A stretch of DNA of 62,355 nucleotides from a virus. Lineage: Duplodnaviria > Caudoviricetes. How positions within the stretch are numbered: the first letter of the stretch is position 1; the number at the start of each line of letters is the position of its first letter. This document shows, piece by piece, positions 55,575 through 62,355 of the stretch. Under the pieces are notes generated by a model that worked only from the letters and a program-made list of their open reading frames with translations, did not search any database and was not told where the DNA came from. The translations under genes and the position numbers were made by a program. The stretch is taken from the IMG/VR virus record IMGVR_UViG_3300035156_000134, positions 1-62,355 of that record; one strand, 5' to 3'.

Positions 55575-57550
55575 TGGACCTGGCCGATGGCGTTCAAGAT
55601 CGCCTGGCGCTTCGGCGTCTCACTCAGCGGCTGAGCAGCATACTCACGCATGCCCCACGCGCCGTATTGGCTGATGGTGCCGGTGTGGCTGTACATCGTG
55701 AGGTTGTCACCGATGTCCCGCTTCCACTCGGCCAGAAACAGGTCGTACTGCTCCTTCATCCGAGGGTCACGCTGCATGGCTTCAGCCACCACTGCAGTCG
55801 GCCCGTTCGGGCTGATGATGTGCTGACCTGCCTCGTAGGTGATGTAGCGCAGGCCGAACTTCTGCGCCAGCCGCCAGTTGGCCTTGGCCCGATCCAGTGT
55901 GAACACCCGCTGCGCGGCTAGCCGGGTGAACGCGGCATCCAGGTCGCTCACCGTCAGCTTGTCGTTCGGCGGATCGAAGAACGAGTGGCCAAAGTACGGG
56001 GCCGTGGCGAAGGCGTCGTGCCACTTCGCTGTGTCCTTGAACTCCAGCACCCGCTCACCAGCCCAGGGGTTATCGTTCTGGGCTGAAATGACCCGGACCA
56101 ACTTGCCGGGCTGATCAGCGAAGATCGGCGTCAGGATCTTCATCATCTCGGTCGACTTCTGGCCGAGGCGATAGAGGTGGTTGGTGTAGCGGTCTGCCGC
56201 CAGGCCTTGGGCGACGCCCTCGTTCAGCGCCTGCGTGGTTTGGCCGAACTGGAAGTTCCAGACCTCGTTTGACAGCTCGTAGTAGGCACTGCGACCCGGC
56301 TTGAGGTTGGCACGGACATATTCGCCGTGGCGCTTGATGTAATCCGCATCCGCGTTCCAGGGGATGGTGAACCAGGCATCGCTATCCGCGGCGTTGGCCA
56401 GGGCGACCATGTGCTCCACAGCCGTACCGTCGTTGCCACCGCTGGTCGGCGTGGACCGGGTGGCCCAGGTCACTAAGGGTGGGTTCCCGTTGGCGGCCGA
56501 CCAGTCCAGGAAGCGAAGCAGCTTGAACGGCTTCACATCGTCGACGTAGCGCTTGTCGAACACGCCGACCTGCTCAACGCCTGGCTCCCGGCAGTCGAGG
56601 TTCCGGAAGTCCTTGGCGCCGGTCACATAGAGCAGCAGCGACGGTCGACTCTGACCGATCTTGCTGAAGTCAAAGCCGCGCCAGGTGAAGATGACCGACC
56701 CGCTCTCGCTGTAACCACCAGCGTCTGAGTCAACCCGGACCTTGCCGAAGCCCTCCCACGTGCAGGTGACTGAAGTGGCCTTGTTGGCCCACACGGCCTG
56801 CGGCACGTTGATCGCCAGCACACCGGACGAGACCGGGTAGCCATAGGCGTTCAGCTTGTCACGCGGACTGTCATCGTTCCAGCTGACCGCTGGGTCCTTC
56901 CAGCCGCCGGCGCCGTAGGCCAGGTTAGCCCAGACCCGCTCGGTCGCATAGTAGACCGGGCCAGAGACGTTCATGCCGATCACGGTCGGCTTGATCGGAC
57001 CAGCCGGCGATGGAGTCGGCGTGGGCAGCGGGACTGGCGTCGGAGTAGGCGTCGGGCTCGGGGCCGGCAGCGTCGACACGTCGGTGTTGAACTCGCAGGC
57101 CTTCTTGACGTTGACGGCTGGATCCCCGAAGACCTCGTTCGAGCAGACCACGACGCCGGTCTGGACCAGCTTGAAGTTCCACTTGCCGGGCACCCCGTAG
57201 CGGACCACGGCTGGCGTGATCGGCCCACAGACATCATCCTCCAGGCCACATGCAACCCAGCCGCTCGGCTTGGGAGTCGGTGTAGGCGTGGGGACCGGCG
57301 TCGGGGCAGGCGCTGGCAGCTTCGCCAGGAAGGCCTTCCGAGCGTTGACCGCGTCCGTGGCGATCACGCCAGCCCGGTTGAAGCAGGCGATGCCCGTTTC
57401 CAACTTGGTCCGGTTGGTCTGGTCAGCCTTGGGTACGGCCGTGCTGCCGCAGTTGCTAATGGTGGGCGGTTTGGCCACGGTTGTCTGCGCTTTGACGGTG
57501 GCAACACCGCTCATCAGCACAGCGACCATGAGGAAGGCTCGTTTTGTCAT
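55571..57550 (-). CDS. Exported glycoside-hydrolase-like protein
   Basis: Signal peptide, PT linkers, Cys module, LRFLDW, ELSNEVWN, YEAGQH. Confidence 0.7.
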   Translation of the reverse strand: MTKRAFLMVAVLMSGVATVKAQTTVAKPPTISNCGSTAVPKADQTNRTKLETGIACFNRAGVIATDAVNARKAFLAKLPAPAPTPVPTPTPTPKPSGWVACGLEDDVCGPITPAVVRYGVPGKWNFKLVQTGVVVCSNEVFGDPAVNVKKACEFNTDVSTLPAPSPTPTPTPVPLPTPTPSPAGPIKPTVIGMNVSGPVYYATERVWANLAYGAGGWKDPAVSWNDDSPRDKLNAYGYPVSSGVLAINVPQAVWANKATSVTCTWEGFGKVRVDSDAGGYSESGSVIFTWRGFDFSKIGQSRPSLLLYVTGAKDFRNLDCREPGVEQVGVFDKRYVDDVKPFKLLRFLDWSAANGNPPLVTWATRSTPTSGGNDGTAVEHMVALANAADSDAWFTIPWNADADYIKRHGEYVRANLKPGRSAYYELSNEVWNFQFGQTTQALNEGVAQGLAADRYTNHLYRLGQKSTEMMKILTPIFADQPGKLVRVISAQNDNPWAGERVLEFKDTAKWHDAFATAPYFGHSFFDPPNDKLTVSDLDAAFTRLAAQRVFTLDRAKANWRLAQKFGLRYITYEAGQHIISPNGPTAVVAEAMQRDPRMKEQYDLFLAEWKRDIGDNLTMYSHTGTISQYGAWGMREYAAQPLSETPKRQAILNAIGQVQ

Positions 57551-57558
57551 TGGCTGAT

Positions 57559-57614
57559 CTCCTTCAGCTACGGGGTGGAGGCGTCTGAATATAGCCTGGG
57601 CCGTTTGATGTACA
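57559..57614 (-). promoter_or_regulatory. Phage promoter plus leader/RBS motif
   Basis: TGTACA-N17-TATTCA; GCTGAAGGAG 57559-57568. Confidence 0.75.
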
Positions 57615-57899
57615 TCAAGCGGGGTTCTCGGCCCGGACCATGTCGGCCATCCGCTCAATCTCCCACCACTCCTGGCTGGTGAACAGATCCGTACGTCTGG
57701 ACACGTCGTGGGTGAACAGAGCACCCTCAGCCTCCCAGACCACCATCATATACCTCTGGATGAGCGGCAGGCGCATGACGTCATGGTCGACCTTGATCGG
57801 CCCGAGCGTGGATGTGTCGATGGGCTCCTTGCTCACTTCCCTGATCCCATCATCGCGCCTGCCACCAGCTCGATGGCAGACCAGACCTTCTCGCTGCAC
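57615..57899 (-). CDS. Hypothetical protein (start uncertain)
   Basis: Fills gap in leftward operon. Confidence 0.45.
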   Translation of the reverse strand: MQREGLVCHRAGGRRDDGIREVSKEPIDTSTLGPIKVDHDVMRLPLIQRYMMVVWEAEGALFTHDVSRRTDLFTSQEWWEIERMADMVRAENPA

Positions 57900-57912
57900 C
57901 AGCGCCAGAGCC

Positions 57913-58182
57913 TCACGACTTGGCCTCCTTCAACTTCGCCACCACCAGATCAAAGTGCTCGACCACATGGATGACTCCGCCGTCCTCGACACCGGAGTTC
58001 ATCGTGATCCAGGTGCCGTCCTCGACCCAGCGCTTGTCGCTCAAAGCCGCGAGCTTGTCGTCTTCGTGGCAAACCAGCCTCGGGCTGAACGACTCGATCC
58101 GGTCGACGTTGACCACCACCGGCGTCGCAGCGGAGCGTCCATAGATCCTGGACGGCTCGGTAAACATCACCATTCGTAACAT
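57913..58182 (-). CDS. Hypothetical protein (FlbD-like pattern)
   Basis: VN.D.IESF..GT.ITM..V.E..D.V..KL; motif RBS. Confidence 0.7.
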   Translation of the reverse strand: MLRMVMFTEPSRIYGRSAATPVVVNVDRIESFSPRLVCHEDDKLAALSDKRWVEDGTWITMNSGVEDGGVIHVVEHFDLVVAKLKEAKS

Positions 58183-58189
58183 GTGGGTC

Positions 58190-58236
58190 CTCCTTCAGCT
58201 TGATCCCGGCTTAAGCCGCTTGGGATAGTCTGTACA
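58190..58236 (-). promoter_or_regulatory. Phage promoter plus leader/RBS motif
   Basis: TGTACA-N17-TAAGCC; GCTGAAGGAG 58190-58199. Confidence 0.8.
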
Positions 58237-58270
58237 TAGACAATTTCATCATACCAGATAGCCGCCTGAG

Positions 58271-58492
58271 TTAGCTGTAGCGCTCGAAGTCTTCGGCCGC
58301 AACTACGAGGCCATCGAAGTCCTCTTCGGACCCGAGCACATCCGCCAACTCGATCAGTTGATCCATGGGCACATTGTAATCGTCGGACAGGGACTCGAGG
58401 TACGCAAAGCGGCTCTCGTATCCATGGTCGGCATAGACCGAAGTGCCAGGTGCCTCTGCATTCACACGGTCCTTGGTGGCCTGGCTGATCAT
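58271..58492 (-). CDS. Small acidic conserved-type phage protein
   Basis: GY.SR..YL.SL.DDY..LA..LG..EDFDGLV. Confidence 0.75.
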   Translation of the reverse strand: MISQATKDRVNAEAPGTSVYADHGYESRFAYLESLSDDYNVPMDQLIELADVLGSEEDFDGLVVAAEDFERYS

Positions 58493-58722
58493 GCCGGGTC
58501 GCCCGCACCGTTCGGCGCAACATACATGGCGATGACTTCCCAGACGATGTCATCTGAGTTCTTCGACGTCCTGCCACTATATAGCGCGGACATCAACGTC
58601 TTCGTGTCAGCCTTGACGGTGTTGGTCGTAGCGTACGCAGCTGTCTCGGCGTGCCAGCCACCGAAGGTGCTCTCGTAGTGGATGCCGTCCTTTCGGATGA
58701 CGATCAATTTGAAATGTGGCAT
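58489..58722 (-). CDS. Hypothetical protein
   Basis: ATG after TGCTGAAGGAG. Confidence 0.7.
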   Translation of the reverse strand: MPHFKLIVIRKDGIHYESTFGGWHAETAAYATTNTVKADTKTLMSALYSGRTSKNSDDIVWEVIAMYVAPNGAGDPA

Positions 58723-58728
58723 CTTGGT

Positions 58729-58779
58729 CTCCTTCAGCATTGTGGCTCTGTTCATACTGTGGCGAGATGGCCCTGTACA
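58729..58779 (-). promoter_or_regulatory. Phage promoter plus leader/RBS motif
   Basis: TGTACA-N17-TATGAA; TGCTGAAGGAG 58729-58739. Confidence 0.8.
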
Positions 58780-59039
58780 CACATATTTTCATTACCTCGA
58801 AGCTCTCGCATCTTCAATCCAAGCTCGCGTCTCGTCAGAACAATGGCGCCGAGTTCCAAAGCGACTTTGCGTCTAGTTAGCGACACGTCATAGTGCGGAA
58901 AGCTTGTCGGTTGAAACCAGGTGCGGCGCATGCCGATCTGATCAGCCACGGCGTGTAGCTCGTCAAGTGTGTCAGCAATCATGTGACACATCTTCATGCG
59001 ACCAAGTGGGTTCCGGGCTTCGTCGACATAGACACTCAT
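58752..59039 (-). CDS. DUF4031 family protein
   Basis: MSVYVD..MCHMIADTLDELH..A..IGM.R.WFQ..HYD. Confidence 0.85.
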   Translation of the reverse strand: MSVYVDEARNPLGRMKMCHMIADTLDELHAVADQIGMRRTWFQPTSFPHYDVSLTRRKVALELGAIVLTRRELGLKMRELRGNENMCVQGHLATV

Positions 59040-59206
59040 GCTCGAGCTTCTTTGATGGTCGCGAGCAATGCTTCCATGTCTGTGTCTTCCTCGACGGCTC
59101 CGTGCTCGATCATTTCGTCTGCGAAGTCCTGATCAGACTGTGGCATATCGAAACCGTTGGCGACGCAGTTGGCGATATTTTCTTTGATGATCTCGAGCAA
59201 TGTCAT
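59036..59206 (-). CDS. Small acidic protein (56 aa)
   Basis: MTLLEIIKENIAN...; CTGCTGAGGAG RBS; ATGA coupling. Confidence 0.7.
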   Translation of the reverse strand: MTLLEIIKENIANCVANGFDMPQSDQDFADEMIEHGAVEEDTDMEALLATIKEARA

Positions 59207-59212
59207 GGTGGG

Positions 59213-59260
59213 CTCCTCAGCAGATGCACGATGCCTATTTCACTTTGAGACTTATGTACA
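59213..59260 (-). promoter_or_regulatory. Phage promoter plus leader/RBS motif
   Basis: TGTACA-N17-TAGGCA; CTGCTGAGGAG 59213-59223. Confidence 0.8.
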
Positions 59261-59282
59261 CACTTATTTTCATTATCCAAAT

Positions 59283-59360
59283 TCCCCGGAAATGTACCGG
59301 GGTGGCTGGCCGCGGTTCGGCCACGGTACAAGGGGGGACCGCGCGATGAGCCCTAGTCCC
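59283..59360 (-). ncRNA. Second candidate structured small RNA or long leader
   Basis: Downstream of TGTACA(59384)-N17-TACGAT; nested stems; no RBS/ORF. Confidence 0.35.
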
Positions 59361-59702
59361 ATCGTACCACGACCTCACATCAATGTACACAACTATTTTC
59401 ATTCAACCGCATTTATTTTGAGCTCCGCACAGAGCCGCCACGATCATCGAGCTGCCGACACTGTAACTAGCTATCCGCGTATACACGGCTGTGTTCACCA
59501 CGCACCTACGCACAAATGAACATTGCGTCTGTGCTACGCGTATACTATGACCATGTACAGAGCGTCCGCGCTAGCACGACTGTAGACCGTGCTCACACTG
59601 CACACGGTACCGTGCACGTAGCACTCACGTTCACAGCAATGTTCATTTGACTGTGTGCAATGTTCATAACCATGTACGCACGGTGTCCTAGCGCTAGCTG
59701 CC

Positions 59703-60182
59703 TCAGGCAGGCTCTGCGCCTGGTAGCGGTGTGGTGGGATCTTCAGCGCCTGGAAGTTTCAGCGGCTCGGCTCCGACTGCGTTGAGAATGTTGTTGAGCA
59801 ACCCCATCACCATGTCCTGGTCACCAAGCCCATCGTCTGCCTGGCTCAGCTCGACATGCTCCTTAGGTTTCCCGTACGCCCGTGAGAGCAGGCGGTCAGC
59901 GCACTCCATGCGGATGGATGGGTGGACGGCTGGATCCAGTGCGATGTCGCTCATCACCTTGACCATGGCCTCGGTCTTGGGCACAATCAGCTCACGCAAA
60001 CGGTTGGCGCGCTCAACACCCTGCCGTTGGGCTGTGAGCTTGGTCTCCAGCTGCGCCTCACCTAGCCCATGGCCCGCCATGACGCGGTCTGTCTTCTCGA
60101 CTGGGTCCTTGACCGCCCGAGCCCTTGAGCCTCTAGGCTTCGTGGCGCCTTTCTTCACGGGAACTGGGTCCGCCTTGGGCAT
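59703..60182 (-). CDS. Putative terminase small subunit
   Basis: Basic N-terminus, R...AD.LL.RAYGKP motif. Confidence 0.55.
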   Translation of the reverse strand: MPKADPVPVKKGATKPRGSRARAVKDPVEKTDRVMAGHGLGEAQLETKLTAQRQGVERANRLRELIVPKTEAMVKVMSDIALDPAVHPSIRMECADRLLSRAYGKPKEHVELSQADDGLGDQDMVMGLLNNILNAVGAEPLKLPGAEDPTTPLPGAEPA

Positions 60183-60673
60183 TGGTGTGGTCCTCACATA
60201 TCCGAGCATCTCTGTACTCTGAGCCACTGAGTTCGAACATATCGGTGTGCGGGTAGCTCGTCCGCTGCCGGTGGGACCCTCCAGGCTGAAATAACGGAAA
60301 TAACACAAAGAACAGATCCGTTTGGCCGCATTCTGATAGCTGATGGCCCAACCAAATCAACAGCTTAGGCTCAGTTTGGTACAGATTAACAGATCCTACC
60401 CTTCTCTTGTATCTTTGAAGAGATAGAAGGTGGTATAGTAATAAGGATGGTTAGGGTTTACATTCCTATGGAAGTAGAAGGTTGGCCGTCAGAACACAGT
60501 TTCTGTTAATTCCGTTAGGAGGTCCAGGTTTTCGTCTGTGGAGGCCCATCAAAGCGCATCAGCCGCGCCATGCGGTCCCAACACATTCGTTCTGTTCTTT
60601 TGCGGGAACGGAATTTCCGTTATCTTCATAGGCCACGACCGCGTGGCTATGCGAACAAGGGTGTAGACATACA

Positions 60674-61291
60674 ATGCCATACCAATTCAAGCAATTTGCT
60701 GCCGGCCTCTCATACGAGGAAGTAGAGGAGCAACGACTCATCGAAACATGGATCGACCTGATGAACGCCGAGGAAGAGTCCAAGTTGCAGGGCGTCAAAG
60801 CACAGTACCTCACAAAAGACCAGATGTCGGACAGAGCGACTAAAATCAAGGCCGTTATTGGCAAATTGGGGTATGATCCAGCCCAACCACGGCCATCGCG
60901 CCAACGTGGCAGACCAAGAGACGGAGCGATCCCGAACCCATTGCCGCCACTGCAGACGAAGCTAACCTCATGCCTCGGTGAGCAGTACACCATCGTGGCC
61001 TACGGCCGGTCGCCCAGGAAGCTCGGCGAAACATTCGACATGGTGGCGTATATCGATGAGCGTGGCAAGCTCGTGTTCAGGAACCTGGTCAACCTGTTCT
61101 GTGGCATGTTGCCTTCAGGCATTCCGACTGTGACGTGGCCAGAGGATCCTAGAGGTCTGAAGCCTGGCGAGAAGATCCCACTGTCCAAGCGCCGAACAGC
61201 CTCGAAGCAGGATCTGAAACGTGACCGTGACGAGATGGACGAAGATCTGAAGCAGCACAAGGCTCGGAAGGCCTCAGGCCGCATGTACTGA
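60674..61291 (+). CDS. Hypothetical protein
   Basis: Isolated 205-aa rightward ORF after AT-rich region. Confidence 0.65.
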   Translation: MPYQFKQFAAGLSYEEVEEQRLIETWIDLMNAEEESKLQGVKAQYLTKDQMSDRATKIKAVIGKLGYDPAQPRPSRQRGRPRDGAIPNPLPPLQTKLTSCLGEQYTIVAYGRSPRKLGETFDMVAYIDERGKLVFRNLVNLFCGMLPSGIPTVTWPEDPRGLKPGEKIPLSKRRTASKQDLKRDRDEMDEDLKQHKARKASGRMY

Positions 61292-61388
61292 TCGCCTCAG
61301 ATGGCCGTCCCAAGCATCCCAGAAGCGCAATGCGCAGGACGAATGATAGTACGGCCATCTGGTAATCAACGGCGCGTCTGCGGGTACG

Positions 61389-61640
61389 TCACGTGTCGGT
61401 GCGTTGGATATCGAAGATGCTGATGGACGGCGTCAACCGGTCCTGCTCGCGGAGTTGGGTGAACATGGTGGGCTCGTTGAAGAGCTTGCGGTGGAGCTTA
61501 TCCATCCGCTTGATCAGCGCCTCAGCCTGTTTGGCTACAGGTCCCTTCCTGTGGTTCGCATCAGCGAAGCCGTCACGGTCCTGGCATGCGTAGTGCAGGG
61601 CTAGTGAAATGGTCTGAAGGTCGGACTTGGTGAAGGTCAT
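61389..61640 (-). CDS. Hypothetical early protein
   Basis: Coupled to upstream gene; conserved in copy at 1-172. Confidence 0.75.
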   Translation of the reverse strand: MTFTKSDLQTISLALHYACQDRDGFADANHRKGPVAKQAEALIKRMDKLHRKLFNEPTMFTQLREQDRLTPSISIFDIQRTDT

Positions 61641-62355
61641 GAGCGGTAGTCCTTATACTTCTCCCACTGCGCAGCCTCGAGCACTTCTCGGGCGAGAGCT
61701 CGTGGATCATTATGGCCTGCACCGATCTCCTCCAAGGCCTTGGCCATGCGGGCACCGGCCGAGCCGTAGACGGACTTGAAGACCTCGTTGTTGAACCGCT
61801 TCATGCCGGCCTCGTCGCTGGCCTGCTCACGGGCCGCCACCTTGACAGGGTCATGAGTCCCGCAGTAGCCGTTGGCCTTGGGCTTGTGGCTGCACTGCTT
61901 GTAGGTGGGCCAGCGGCCGAGGTAGGTCGTCACAGCTGCCTTGCAGCGGTTAGGGTCGACAGCGCGCTTGGCATCCGTGATGCCGCCGCTGCGTGGGCTG
62001 TAGTCGTGAACAGGCATGCCGTGTCTCCTCAGCAGATGAGACCTACCTAAGCCGCTCCAATGCATCTGTACACACTTAATTTCATTGATGCTCAAAAGAT
62101 GGCCGCACCTGACTGAACAGGCACGGCCATAGGTTCCACGGAACTGTCGGGCTGCGGTAGACCTCCGTGGTGTACGCGAAACTGGTAGCCGGACAAGCTC
62201 AGGTGTAGGTGGGCTTCCTGAGCGTCACAGGAGCACGGCCATAGTACTTCTTGATGAAGCGCTGGGCCTTCGGCTCCGGCCCCTTGAACTGCTTGCGGCT
62301 GTTCAGGTAGACGGTGACGGTCTTGTCCTTGTTGTAGTTGCATTGCAGGTTAGGC
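61472..62355. repeat. Terminal direct repeat, copy 2
   Basis: Diverged copy of 1-884. Confidence 0.95.
61637..62017 (-). CDS. Zinc-finger-like early protein (allele of 169-549)
   Basis: Same protein with conservative changes; TGTACA(62067)-N17-TAGGTA and CTGCTGAGGAG 62025-62035. Confidence 0.8.
   Translation of the reverse strand: MPVHDYSPRSGGITDAKRAVDPNRCKAAVTTYLGRWPTYKQCSHKPKANGYCGTHDPVKVAAREQASDEAGMKRFNNEVFKSVYGSAGARMAKALEEIGAGHNDPRALAREVLEAAQWEKYKDYRS

Noticed and set aside
1-62355. Lysogeny module, reverse transcriptase/DGR, alternative genetic code, introns or inteins
   Set aside because: No integrase, repressor or RT motifs seen; core genes are uninterrupted in the standard code and of normal length

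Overview
Essentially complete genome of a GC-rich tailed dsDNA phage (siphovirus), about 61.5 kb unique, read as a circle: 1-884 and 61472-62355 are two diverged copies of the same segment. No integrase, repressor, tRNA or CRISPR array was recognised. Organisation resembles YuA/M6-type phages (inference from gene content). The + strand (4.1-26.45 kb) carries replication and nucleotide genes: primase-helicase, ATP-dependent ligase, SSB-like protein, PolA, Cas4-like nuclease, Nmad5, DEDDh exonuclease, VRR-NUC, SNF2 helicase and a DNA-modification cluster. The - strand (26.45-60.2 kb) carries lysis, tail, head and packaging genes. Small leftward early genes span the junction. Two systems stand out. 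(1) A regulatory circuit: about 18 promoters of form TGTACA-N17-TAnnnn, about 17 leaders sharing an extended ribosome-binding motif (CT)GCTGA(A)GGAG, and a promoter-driven ~90-nt non-coding RNA (4744-4831). Its 16-bp closing stem holds out the exact reverse complement of that motif (CUCCUUCAGCAG), making it a candidate phage master-regulator sRNA. (2) A candidate new cytosine hypermodification pathway: a thymidylate-synthase homologue with Asp at the dCMP-specificity position, a dNMP kinase/UDG-like fusion, MazG-like NTPase, SGNH-like protein, unknown transferase and PLP enzyme, with dCMP deaminase + ThyX supplying ordinary dTMP. All product calls come from motif recognition by eye; no searches were run.
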